Assembly: GCA_043824255.1 (NCBI GenBank)
Contig: JBDRTG010000047.1
Coordinates: 192,001 to 256,000, forward strand
Reading direction: 5' to 3'
Source: a bacterium
Lineage (GTDB): Bacteria > JAHJDO01
Length of the DNA: 64,000 nt
Under the pieces are notes generated by a model. It worked only from the letters and a program-made list of their open reading frames with translations, searched no databases and was not told where the DNA came from. Below are positions 49,312 to 59,435 of this stretch, in pieces. Each line of letters opens with the position of its first letter. Positions within the stretch are counted from its first letter, which is position 1. A program made the translations under genes and the position numbers.

Positions 49312-50796
49312 CTATCTTTTTAAAATTAAATGCGACAAGAAACCGAGACCGTTACACAGAAAGGATATAATATTTTTAATTATTGTTTTAATAATTGCAC
49401 ATTTATATTTAGACCGTATAAAGTATTTCAAATAGTACATCTCAAGAGGAACAGAAAAAAGTATCTTTGGCATAACGAAGCGCATTCTTAATTTCATTAA
49501 AATGCTCTCAAGCGGTAGATTATGTTTTGCAAGTTTGAATCTCCTATCTATAATTGTTCCATAAAGATATGGATTTTCAAATAACTTATATTCCTCGAGC
49601 TTCAGTTTGGGATTTACATACTGATCATATATTTCTGTGCCCAAAAAAGGAACTGTTAATGCCAGATAGTAAACACTTGCTTTGAGCTTTTTAAGAAACT
49701 CCTTTAAAATATTAATATCATCAACAGTCTCACCTGGAGTATTCAACATAATATTCGCACCGGTTCTCATGCGGTATTTTCCACATATTGCGAACGCCTT
49801 ATGAGTATCTTCTATAGTAACACCTTTTTTCATCCTGTCCAATGCTTCCTGAGTAGCGGATTCCACACCGAAATCAAGCTGGCAGCAGCCGGCTTCCTTC
49901 ATTTTTTTAACAAGATCCTCATCTATTAAATTGACTCTGGTTTCAGCGGCCCATAGCATATTAATTTTTTCTTTTATTAATCTGTCACAGAATTCATACA
50001 CTCTTTGTTTCTTAAGAGTGAACGTATCATCCTGGACATACAGAGCTTCAAGCCCGTAATTACTTCTTAAAAAATTTATCTCATCAAAAACCTGTTCCAT
50101 GCTTTTATATCTTACAATTTTATGGAAGCCCTGTGCTTTATATAAACTGGCACTTGCACAAAAAGTGCAGTTAAATGGACATCCGAATCCAGTAAAAATA
50201 TGCACTGACGAAACTGTCATGAACCTGATGCCAAAATTATTAGGATATAGATAAAATTCCATATCAATTTTATTATAACTAGGTACAGGTATATGAGACA
50301 TGTCAGGAGTCAGAGGCATGTATTTATTGACCACAACTTTATCGTTCTTTAAAAAACAAACACTCTCAATTTCTTCAAGCGGTTTTTCGTTTTTAAGTAT
50401 ATCCAACAAAGGGAATTCTCCCTCTCCGATTACTACGATATCTACAGGTGCATTGGACATAAAAGGATCTCTGGGCATTAATGTTACATGGACCCCTCCT
50501 AGTATAACCTTTACATCCGGCAGGGCTTCTTTTATCTTTCTAATAAGAGAGATAGTACAGTTATAGTCTGTTGTATAGCTAGACAATCCAACGTACTCGT
50601 ATTTGCGCTTTTTAAGCTTCTCGATCAAAAGCTCGTCATAATAATCTATTGATTTCCTTTTGACATTAGCAGGCTCTTTAATTTCAATAATATCATTCTC
50701 AATCCCATGACTGGTTAAAAACGCAGACATATTAAGAAAATGGACAGGGACAACTGTATTTTGAACATTTCCGTTATTAGAAACAAAAGCTATCAT
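49312..50796 (-). CDS. cobalamin-dependent radical SAM protein
   Basis: GGVHVT, GEGE, GCPFNCTFC, DDTF, FGVES. Confidence 0.9.
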   Translation of the reverse strand: MIAFVSNNGNVQNTVVPVHFLNMSAFLTSHGIENDIIEIKEPANVKRKSIDYYDELLIEKLKKRKYEYVGLSSYTTDYNCTISLIRKIKEALPDVKVILGGVHVTLMPRDPFMSNAPVDIVVIGEGEFPLLDILKNEKPLEEIESVCFLKNDKVVVNKYMPLTPDMSHIPVPSYNKIDMEFYLYPNNFGIRFMTVSSVHIFTGFGCPFNCTFCASASLYKAQGFHKIVRYKSMEQVFDEINFLRSNYGLEALYVQDDTFTLKKQRVYEFCDRLIKEKINMLWAAETRVNLIDEDLVKKMKEAGCCQLDFGVESATQEALDRMKKGVTIEDTHKAFAICGKYRMRTGANIMLNTPGETVDDINILKEFLKKLKASVYYLALTVPFLGTEIYDQYVNPKLKLEEYKLFENPYLYGTIIDRRFKLAKHNLPLESILMKLRMRFVMPKILFSVPLEMYYLKYFIRSKYKCAIIKTIIKNIISFLCNGLGFLSHLILKR

Positions 50797-50799
50797 AAT

Positions 50800-51930
50800 T
50801 TAAAAAACAATTTTTTGCCCTTCCAAACATCTGAAACATGCAGGAAATGGATATTTTCCCCTAACTTGTCTGAACTTTAACATTTTTTTATTATTCCAAA
50901 TATCCTTGAATTTCACCTTTCTGATATTTCCGACTACATACCCTTGACAGGGAGTTAAATCTCCATTCGGCTCTATTACTGCAGAATACCATGGACTTAA
51001 ACACCTGGATTTTATAGAAGGATACTTCAGTGAATAATAATCTTCTATCGTATCATTTATGTTATGCATAGCAAAATAAATTGGAATTTTCGAAATATTC
51101 GGCGCTTCCTTTATAAATTTTTTGATTTGCTTTATATCTATCTTAAACTTATAGTCATTTGGCACTTTTAGCCCGAGTATGTGATTCCCACCTGTTTTTT
51201 TCTTTTTGCAGAACTTGGATTGCGCTTCTACAACCTGCGGTGTATAAAACATCAGATTTCCAAAAGCCAGCTCGTCAACAGGAATGTCATTGGCAAGCTG
51301 AAGAATATATCTGGAATTTTCTATGTTTTCATGACTCATGATGCTTGCCAAACGTATATGGGGAATCCTAAGTTTTCTTTCGTTTCTTCTTTTAACCAAT
51401 AATTTCAATCCCTGTGTCGCTTTTTTAAAAGCGCCTTTATAACCTCTGGCTTTGTCATGATACTCCTCCGGACCGTCTATTGAGACTGATAGAAAATCTA
51501 GCTTTGAATCAATCAGCATATCAATATTTTTTGAGGTTAACATACTGCCGTTTGTTGTTAAAGCCGCTATCATTTTTTTCTGTTTTACATAATTGATTAG
51601 CTCAAAGATATCCTTCCTTAGAAAGGGCTCTCCTCCGTTAAAATATATGGACGGTTTGAAACCGGTGAGCTGGTCTATGAGATTTTTTATCTCCTGTGTT
51701 GATAACTCATTACAGCTTAGAGCGCTTGCCTGTAAAGAATTAGATGCGCAAAAGCTGCAATTAAAATTACATCTCTTCGTTATTAACATGGTAACTAAAT
51801 CAGGAGATATGCTGTATCCGTTAAGAAGATTGTATTCAAAGGGGATACATCTTCTCAGAAGATGAAAACCTGCATATAGACATGTAAAAGGGTTTTGAAT
51901 AGCAACATGAAAATATTTTTTAAAATTCAA
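50800..51930 (-). CDS. radical SAM protein with SPASM/twitch domain
   Basis: CNFNCSFC, GGEP, TNG, SIDG...HD, CLSPW...GDLTPC...GNI...CFRC. Confidence 0.9.
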   Translation of the reverse strand: MNFKKYFHVAIQNPFTCLYAGFHLLRRCIPFEYNLLNGYSISPDLVTMLITKRCNFNCSFCASNSLQASALSCNELSTQEIKNLIDQLTGFKPSIYFNGGEPFLRKDIFELINYVKQKKMIAALTTNGSMLTSKNIDMLIDSKLDFLSVSIDGPEEYHDKARGYKGAFKKATQGLKLLVKRRNERKLRIPHIRLASIMSHENIENSRYILQLANDIPVDELAFGNLMFYTPQVVEAQSKFCKKKKTGGNHILGLKVPNDYKFKIDIKQIKKFIKEAPNISKIPIYFAMHNINDTIEDYYSLKYPSIKSRCLSPWYSAVIEPNGDLTPCQGYVVGNIRKVKFKDIWNNKKMLKFRQVRGKYPFPACFRCLEGQKIVF

Positions 51931-52595
51931 AAAATCTCTCCTGTAAATTCTCTTCTAATATTTTTGCTTTTAATTGTTATCAATAAATGATGTGATGGCC
52001 ATTTAACAATTCCATAAGGTATCCATCTAAACAGCCATCTCAGGTCAACATAGTTCCAGAATCCCTCAAATATAATCTTTAATCCGCTATTATTTACGAG
52101 CTTCTTCAGCCTATCCCTTGAAAATGGAATCTCTACAGGCTGGTCTTTCAATCCGAATAGACGAAGAATAGGTTTTCTGATTAATTCCAGTCCGTATGGC
52201 AGGCTTGCATGAACAATGAAAATCTGCGCCTCTGAAATTCGAGCCATTTCAGAAATAGCTTCTTCTTGATTAATTATATGTTCAAGAACACCAAAACTCA
52301 CAGATACCTCAAAACTGTTTTCCTTAAAGGGCAAATTATCCGCAGAGCACTGGATCAACCGCTTAGCTCCGTTAGCTCTTGCAATTTGAAGGGCTTCAAA
52401 GGAAAAATCGCAACCAATAATATCACTGCAGATAGATTCTATAAAACCGCTGCCGCATCCAATATCAACAGCTCTCTTGCCTTTTAGCAAAGCAGCGACA
52501 ACTTCATAACTTTCTCTCTCATCAGCAAAGCCACCTTCTTTATGAAGCTTATCATACCCCTCCATGGACTTAAGATTAGAGGTTTTTATAGACAT
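51927..52595 (-). CDS. class I SAM-dependent methyltransferase
   Basis: VDIGCGSG, LPF, VLEHI. Confidence 0.85.
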   Translation of the reverse strand: MSIKTSNLKSMEGYDKLHKEGGFADERESYEVVAALLKGKRAVDIGCGSGFIESICSDIIGCDFSFEALQIARANGAKRLIQCSADNLPFKENSFEVSVSFGVLEHIINQEEAISEMARISEAQIFIVHASLPYGLELIRKPILRLFGLKDQPVEIPFSRDRLKKLVNNSGLKIIFEGFWNYVDLRWLFRWIPYGIVKWPSHHLLITIKSKNIRREFTGEIF

Positions 52596-52614
52596 ATTTT
52601 ATAAATTCCAAAAT

Positions 52615-53784
52615 TCATTTGTCATTTAAATGGACTTTTATAAGTTCACTTATCTTAATCGCATGTTCCTTCCATGTATTTTTCTTAGCTACTTCCCATG
52701 CTCCTCTTCCCATTTCAAAAGCAGTATCAGGATTATCAATTAAATAATCTATTTTTTTAACATACTTTCCCAAATCTCCTTCTTCAGGGAAATATCCATG
52801 TTCTCCATTAATAAATAAATCAGTAACGCCGGAACCCTTAGGAATTATAAAAGAACATCCGCAGCCAGCAGCTTCAAGACACATCATACCGAATGCCTCA
52901 AAAATCGGATGAACAAGAACCAGAGCTTCAGAAAGAAATTCCTTTTTTGTTTTTTCATCAATTCTACCTGTTATTTCAATTCTATCTAGCAAATTGTATT
53001 CTTTTGCTTTTTTTATAAATTCGTCATACACATGCTGCTGCACCCAGTTGCCAGCTACCACCATCTTTACTTCCTTGTTTTTTAAATACTTCAACACATT
53101 CAGAAGAAAACACGGATTCTTACCGATATCCCATTTGGTTAAAGCCAAAATATATCCTTTTCTCTCCTTTGGCAGCTCTTGTAAAGGATAACATCCCGGT
53201 GGAATTATCTCCAACTCCGTCTTTTCTATATTACCTAATCCTTTAAATTTGTTCTTATGTACATTCGAACCCAATATAACAGAATCTGCCTCTTCAACTA
53301 TTTTCTTATCCAGATATCGAGCTAAAGGCATTAAGAGAAAAAGAAAATTTCCTAGGAATCTTTGCTTATAGACTCTTGGCAGGATATAAGTTATTGGATC
53401 CCACAGGAAAGCGATAAAAGGAATCCCTCTTTTTTTCTTTAATGCAAGCGCGCTAAAACAGTTGTAGGTTTCATGGACAATGACAATATCATATTCATTA
53501 TTTTTGATAACACGCGATGCAGCAATTGGAGCAGTAAGATGGAAGAGTGAGAAAAATGAAAAGAACGGAATCCTAAAAGACTTTTTGAAAATCCAGCTGA
53601 ATTCTCTTGAGAGAAACCTGATTGGAATATCATCTGCAAGATCTTGGTAAGCAAAATTCGTTTCTTTTAGAACAACAAGCTCAGCATCATACCCCAATTT
53701 TCTTAAATACCTGACCTCTTCAAATGCGGCAATAAGCACACCGCCAATCTGCGCTATTCGTCCTATCAAAACTGCTATTTTCAA
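52615..53784 (-). CDS. GT4 family glycosyltransferase
   Basis: MKIAVL...GG, EAFGMMCLEAAGCG. Confidence 0.9.
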   Translation of the reverse strand: MKIAVLIGRIAQIGGVLIAAFEEVRYLRKLGYDAELVVLKETNFAYQDLADDIPIRFLSREFSWIFKKSFRIPFFSFFSLFHLTAPIAASRVIKNNEYDIVIVHETYNCFSALALKKKRGIPFIAFLWDPITYILPRVYKQRFLGNFLFLLMPLARYLDKKIVEEADSVILGSNVHKNKFKGLGNIEKTELEIIPPGCYPLQELPKERKGYILALTKWDIGKNPCFLLNVLKYLKNKEVKMVVAGNWVQQHVYDEFIKKAKEYNLLDRIEITGRIDEKTKKEFLSEALVLVHPIFEAFGMMCLEAAGCGCSFIIPKGSGVTDLFINGEHGYFPEEGDLGKYVKKIDYLIDNPDTAFEMGRGAWEVAKKNTWKEHAIKISELIKVHLNDK

Positions 53785-53805
53785 TGTTTCAACCTTCCAT
53801 TTTTG

Positions 53806-55212
53806 CTAATGTGAAGCTGGCTTTATTAATTGTTTTGCAATACTAAAAATATTTTTTTCTTTTAAATATTGCCATCTGTATTTCGTTCTTAAGAATCGAT
53901 AGCCGATTTTTAATTTTAAATATTGAAATTTTTTTAAGTATTTAAAGAGTCTTTCCATAGTCATTGTTTCTGATAGGATAATTGGGTTTTTTAATGTATG
54001 AGGTCTTTGGTAATTAATGCTTCCCCAATCAAAATCTTCATTTTCATTAACTAACCCCTTCTTCAGCGCTTCAGTCCATATAGGCGTTCCAGGTAGTGGT
54101 GTTAACAATAAAACATCAAAAAGAGTAATCCCTGACCTTAATATGAATTTATAGGTATCCATAATCTGAGATTCCGTCTCTCTAGGAGAACCAATGATAA
54201 ACGATGAATATGTCAAAATCCTTTTTCCTTTTAGTAAAGAAACTGCTCTATAGTTATCCTCCACAGTTATATTCTTTCCTTTTAAATAATTTAATATCTC
54301 TTGATTTCCACTGTCCAAGCCCATAGAAGCATACTTTACACCCATACGATTTAATAGAGTAACTAATTCTTTATCAACTAAATTCGCTCGAGTTTGAATA
54401 GTAAAACTTAATTTTCCTAAAAGACTATTTTTTTCTAAAGCTTTGATCATAGTCTCAACCCTTTTTTTATTTATTGTGAATAAATCGTCATATAAAATTA
54501 TGTGGTTAGTATTGTTGCTTTTTAACACTTGTTTTATATCATCTAAAACATATTCAGATGAATGATATCCTATTTTTTTTCTTAGAGTTGTTGCAGCACA
54601 ATATGAGCATTTGTAAGGGCATCCTCTACTTGTAAATATGAATGGCCTTAAGTTTGTTCCTATAATTGGAGAACGATCCGGAAGAGGTAGTTTATCCAAA
54701 TTTTCTATCTCATTAGCTGGTGAAGTGAAAAACAACTTATTATCTTTTCTAAAGACTAAGCTTTTAACTTTTTCTAGTTGGCTATAGTTAAATTTAAAAT
54801 TATTCCGACAATAATTTTTAATTAACTCAATAATAATATATTCAGCTTCTCCAATAACTCCTATATCAAAATATTTAGAGAAACTAATAGGCAAAGTCGT
54901 TATATGACACCCTCCAATAACAACAGGTTTATTTTTATTTTTAGCTTTTTCTGCATATCTTCTAGCCATCGTGTAAGAACATGACATAGAAGAAAGCAAT
55001 ACAATATCAGGGTTATAATACTCAAGTTCTTGATAATAATTTTTATAAATAAACCGGCATTCTACTTTTTCTGGAAAGTTCTTTTTTATATTACTTAATA
55101 TATAATATAAGCCAATAGGATAGTCTTCAAGTGTGGTCTCTGGATCATTAACAACATTAACAAATAAAAGTTTTAATAATCGATTTTGCAAACTTTCTCC
55201 TAAATCTAACAA
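53806..55212 (-). CDS. cobalamin-dependent radical SAM protein
   Basis: PIGL, GGCHIT, GEAE, RGCPYKCSYC, DDLF, PLPGT; start may be TTG 55191 after AGGAG. Confidence 0.9.
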   Translation of the reverse strand: MLDLGESLQNRLLKLLFVNVVNDPETTLEDYPIGLYYILSNIKKNFPEKVECRFIYKNYYQELEYYNPDIVLLSSMSCSYTMARRYAEKAKNKNKPVVIGGCHITTLPISFSKYFDIGVIGEAEYIIIELIKNYCRNNFKFNYSQLEKVKSLVFRKDNKLFFTSPANEIENLDKLPLPDRSPIIGTNLRPFIFTSRGCPYKCSYCAATTLRKKIGYHSSEYVLDDIKQVLKSNNTNHIILYDDLFTINKKRVETMIKALEKNSLLGKLSFTIQTRANLVDKELVTLLNRMGVKYASMGLDSGNQEILNYLKGKNITVEDNYRAVSLLKGKRILTYSSFIIGSPRETESQIMDTYKFILRSGITLFDVLLLTPLPGTPIWTEALKKGLVNENEDFDWGSINYQRPHTLKNPIILSETMTMERLFKYLKKFQYLKLKIGYRFLRTKYRWQYLKEKNIFSIAKQLIKPASH

Positions 55213-55236
55213 CGTGGCGGATTTTTACACTTTTAG

Positions 55237-58200
55237 CTAAAAATTGTTGAGATGCTTTCTTTTCTTTCTCAAAAATATTAAAATTATTATCGCAATTAAA
55301 ACAGAAACTCCTGATATCCATAATCTAACAACATGTCCACGTTGAGGCAGAAATTCCAGTTCTACCTTATGTTCCCCTGGAACTATCTTATCAAACAGGA
55401 AACCATTAGAAAAACCATTAATTACAAAATGTTTTTTTGCTATTTCCCCGTCTATTTTTGCCTGCCAGCCCTTGTCAAAGGTTTCATTGAAATATAATAT
55501 CTCCGCAGGAAGATCAGTTGACATCTTTAAAATCCGCTTTGTGGGAGTGCTTTTTAAATATGTAATATTATCAGGAATAATAGCTGATTTCCCATTTTTC
55601 TCTGGGATTTGAGATATACTTATTATTCCACCATCGGGCGAAATAATTTCATGTATTCCTTCTGTAAAATAAATCTCTTCACCTGAAATTGAAATTCCAT
55701 ATTTTCCCCCATCAACTAAAACTTCTTTATTCCCTGCTTCATTTGGGAATAAGCGAATAAGATATTTATTATCATCAGGAATGGAAAAACGCGCTTCAAC
55801 AAGCTTTGACTCTGTTCCAAATGATGTATTGGAGAAATAATATTCACAGGCAATCTTATTCTCAGAAAGCGTATTGGAAATATCTTTCATGATTCTTTCA
55901 TATTGAGATACCTTAACCAGAAGAAATTCGCTGATTACAATTTTTTTGCCGTTTCCTGTTAATTCAACAGGATTACTCCCCTTAGAAAAATTAAACTTTC
56001 CAAGATTAACCCATCTAAATCCATAATGAGAAAGATTTTTAAGTGATACTTCTCTTATTGTATTTGCAAATTTTAATTTAATATCAGCAGCTTCAGGGAA
56101 ACATCCTGCTCTTGCAAAAAGATAATATTCATCCTTGGTTTTTGCCTCGTAGTCGAATTTCAGAGGACTGGTGCTTTTCGTGAGGTAAAAATAAGGGTTC
56201 CTTACTAAAGAGCGGCAAAATGGAGAATTTCCTATTTTTTTAAGATAGTTAAAACCTGAAACATCAAGTAATCCATCATCAAAGAATCTTGAGCAAAGCA
56301 CCCATTCCACTTGATAATTCCCTGTATTTACTTCCGGCATTGAGGTAAGTATTTCTATATTGCCGTCTGATTTAAGCATATTTAAAACAACATCTTTGAA
56401 GGACGAATTGACTAATATTAATTTATCAATTCTAGGTAGTAATAATTTATTTATTTCTACTGAGTTTTGTTCTGGAAATAAAAGAGCTTTAAAATTTCTC
56501 AATTCTCCGAAATTAGAAATAGCAAGAAGTCCCTCATATCCTCCTGATACACAACATAATTCATCTGCAATATTAATATTTTCAAAAGCTGTGCCTGCAT
56601 TATAAAGCGTCAGTTCCCCGAATTTATTCTCTTCTCCTATTCCTTTTTGATGTTTTAAAATCTCTATATATCTTTCGGGTTTTTCCATTGAGCAGATTTT
56701 CTTAAGATCATTCTGGAGCAGAATATGCGATATGCCTGCAAAGTTAAAAACATTTTTCAAATAAGGAGACTCATTTCTTGTCAAGGAATCAAAGAGAAAC
56801 CATATAAAGTGTTTATTCCAATCCTTATTAATGATGTAATAAGATGCAAACGGCTTATTAATCACGCCTCCATCCAGAAGATATCTTGATACATCTATAC
56901 CTCCATACCCCACTTCCCATTCAAGGTCTCTTCCATAACCGGTATCAGGAACAACAAAAATCCTGCTTTTATCAAAATCAGGAGTTTTATTTATGTAATT
57001 TCTCATGTTTATCCAGTATTGAGGCAGTTTACACAGAAATGGCTTAATTGGAGCTTTCATATCGTGATAAAGAAGCTTCCCGTTCCAGAAAGGTTGAGAA
57101 ATAAAAAAGAGACACAGAAAAGAAAGAAAAATAACGGAGATAGAGAATACTTTTTTCTGAGTTACTTTTTTCTCTGACTTAAAATTGATGTAAAGTTTAT
57201 TTGCAGATGCTGCCAGCAAAAAGCTGATTGCGAAATTATATGCAAAAAAGAACTTATCAGGATTTCTATAAATCAGGAATCCATGAAAATATTTAAATAA
57301 AATTCTAAAAATAACTGCGAAAGGAGGACTTGTCCCTTTACCCAGAAAAGAGGTAAGTAAAGCTATTAAGCTAAAGATAATTATGTTTTTGTCTTTTTTG
57401 CATAGAAATAGAGAGGAAAAAGCTACAAACACAAGAAATAAACTACATGCTTTTATTGGCCTTGACATGTAAAATTCGTTTCTGTAAATTCCCTTCAATC
57501 TGTCTTTATCATAGGCAATAGCGCGATGACCTATAAGTCCTTCAGTTGTTTGCCCTTCACTGACATGAAGTTCTCTCAATCCCTTTAATTTTCCCCTGAT
57601 TGGGATTTTTTTTTCTGAGGAAGTCTTACCTGCCGCTATATGCACTGTCTTATATGCAGCTTTATAAAAACTGTAGTATTCAGAATACCAGAAGAGATGT
57701 ATTACTGAGAAAAAAGCCAGAGTCAATATAAACAATATCGTATTTTTCTTAAGGAAAATTAACTTGCTGCTGGTAAATATGAACTTTAAAAAGATATATA
57801 ATCCAATCACCATAATGTAAATACCGACATAGCAAAGATTCATAAAAGTGTATAGGCATATAAATAATATAAGATTGATTAATAACGCTTTTTTAAGTAT
57901 GTTTTTAAAATTTTGTGTTTCTCTTTCTAAAACAGCCAGAATCAGAGGCAGTCCGCAATAGGCAAATATAACCGCAGGAGCCGGCATAGCAAGAGCAATG
58001 TAAGAATTAAAGAGATAAAAAAATGCGCCTGTAATAAAAAACAGAGTTGTTTTTCTTGCCGAAAGATTAACTGTCCATAAATAAATTCCTATTGAAAAGC
58101 ACATCAATATAAATGGAAAAACAAAGAAGCACTTATTTATTAATGACAGTGATAACTCAGTTCCAGATAATACAAGTGTTAAAAGAAGAGCTGGGAATTG

Positions 58201-58425
58201 AATCACATCAGGCAGACCCCTTCCTCCTAAAAAGCACTTGCTATCCCATGAATTTATTATATTTTGTATATTTAAAACAGACTTCATATTAATAAGCCAA
58301 CCCTGATCCCCACCAGCAATAAGCATATTATTTGCATTTCCATACGCTCCATACCATGTCAGAGGAATTAACAAAATTATAAAACCGATTAACAAATATA
58401 TAATATAATGTTTTTTAAAATTCAT
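55237..58425 (-). CDS. very large GT-C-like membrane protein (AftD/YfhO-like architecture)
   Basis: GGD after TM1, FYLFN, KGTSPPF, YRNPDKF, long extracytoplasmic region, NETFDKGW and INGFSNG, C-terminal TM. Confidence 0.7.
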   Translation of the reverse strand: MNFKKHYIIYLLIGFIILLIPLTWYGAYGNANNMLIAGGDQGWLINMKSVLNIQNIINSWDSKCFLGGRGLPDVIQFPALLLTLVLSGTELSLSLINKCFFVFPFILMCFSIGIYLWTVNLSARKTTLFFITGAFFYLFNSYIALAMPAPAVIFAYCGLPLILAVLERETQNFKNILKKALLINLILFICLYTFMNLCYVGIYIMVIGLYIFLKFIFTSSKLIFLKKNTILFILTLAFFSVIHLFWYSEYYSFYKAAYKTVHIAAGKTSSEKKIPIRGKLKGLRELHVSEGQTTEGLIGHRAIAYDKDRLKGIYRNEFYMSRPIKACSLFLVFVAFSSLFLCKKDKNIIIFSLIALLTSFLGKGTSPPFAVIFRILFKYFHGFLIYRNPDKFFFAYNFAISFLLAASANKLYINFKSEKKVTQKKVFSISVIFLSFLCLFFISQPFWNGKLLYHDMKAPIKPFLCKLPQYWINMRNYINKTPDFDKSRIFVVPDTGYGRDLEWEVGYGGIDVSRYLLDGGVINKPFASYYIINKDWNKHFIWFLFDSLTRNESPYLKNVFNFAGISHILLQNDLKKICSMEKPERYIEILKHQKGIGEENKFGELTLYNAGTAFENINIADELCCVSGGYEGLLAISNFGELRNFKALLFPEQNSVEINKLLLPRIDKLILVNSSFKDVVLNMLKSDGNIEILTSMPEVNTGNYQVEWVLCSRFFDDGLLDVSGFNYLKKIGNSPFCRSLVRNPYFYLTKSTSPLKFDYEAKTKDEYYLFARAGCFPEAADIKLKFANTIREVSLKNLSHYGFRWVNLGKFNFSKGSNPVELTGNGKKIVISEFLLVKVSQYERIMKDISNTLSENKIACEYYFSNTSFGTESKLVEARFSIPDDNKYLIRLFPNEAGNKEVLVDGGKYGISISGEEIYFTEGIHEIISPDGGIISISQIPEKNGKSAIIPDNITYLKSTPTKRILKMSTDLPAEILYFNETFDKGWQAKIDGEIAKKHFVINGFSNGFLFDKIVPGEHKVELEFLPQRGHVVRLWISGVSVLIAIIILIFLRKKRKHLNNF

Positions 58426-58442
58426 ATGGCATTTTCTTATTT

Positions 58443-59435
58443 CTAATCCTTTTCTATTATTAATGTTACGAATTTAATAATAACACCCAGATATAATGCG
58501 AAATATGCAATATTTGTCAGTTGTTTTAGTATTATCTCTAAATGAATAATCAATAATAATGCACGTACAGTAATAAGAAATATAAATAAAATTATACATT
58601 TATCGCTGAATGGTCTTGGTTTTAACCATTGCCAGAATGCTATCGTCCATGAACGCAGATATGTCAAACAATTATTTAGATGTAGTTTTCCAATATTTTT
58701 CATCATTATTTTCTTATTGTAATTATAAAAAACCATACAACATGCAAGAGCTAATGAAACTGCTTGCAACATCCAAAAATAACAGGATGTTACAAATAAT
58801 CTCAGGCCAAGTGTTGCTAGAATTATATACGCCGACAATAATAGAATGTTAGCAGGCAGAAGTGAAATGAGAATTTTTGAATAAATATGCTCTCCTGCTC
58901 TCCATAACAAAAACAAATATATAAACAGGATAATCAAGACTGAGTATAAATATGTAATAGGACTTTCTCTTAAAGGCAGAATATGCGAATCTTTAAAAAG
59001 AATAAATATCTGATTATTGGTTTCCCCTTTATAATTCTCCAATCTCATCGTTACCCATGTAGAAATATTGGAGGAAAGATATATTTTAAAAGAGTTTTTA
59101 CCAACGTTTAACTTTTCTGGCGGGATTAGAATGTAATCAACAGATTTAGAATGCTTTTTACGAGGAGGCTTTGTTTTCCATGACATTAAAATACTATCAT
59201 TCACTACAATCTTTTTCTTTTTATCTTCGGGTGAAGATATCTTTAAGGAATGTGTCTCTTTATGCAGAATTGGAAAAGACATCTCAATATAGTTTGAATT
59301 TTTTAGCTTAACAGAACGCTTATAACAAAAAAACTCTCTTCTATAAGAGTCTGGAATTACGATGTGGTTATATAAAAAACCTATAATTAAACCTAATAAA
59401 GCAGCAAAAATTATATATTTGATTTTTTGTTTCAA
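58443..59435 (-). CDS. membrane protein of unknown function (paralog of 18244..19338)
   Basis: Starts MKQKIKYIIFA; shares FWQWLKPRPFSDKCI and NIAYFAL-LGV with the paralog. Confidence 0.7.
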   Translation of the reverse strand: MKQKIKYIIFAALLGLIIGFLYNHIVIPDSYRREFFCYKRSVKLKNSNYIEMSFPILHKETHSLKISSPEDKKKKIVVNDSILMSWKTKPPRKKHSKSVDYILIPPEKLNVGKNSFKIYLSSNISTWVTMRLENYKGETNNQIFILFKDSHILPLRESPITYLYSVLIILFIYLFLLWRAGEHIYSKILISLLPANILLLSAYIILATLGLRLFVTSCYFWMLQAVSLALACCMVFYNYNKKIMMKNIGKLHLNNCLTYLRSWTIAFWQWLKPRPFSDKCIILFIFLITVRALLLIIHLEIILKQLTNIAYFALYLGVIIKFVTLIIEKD

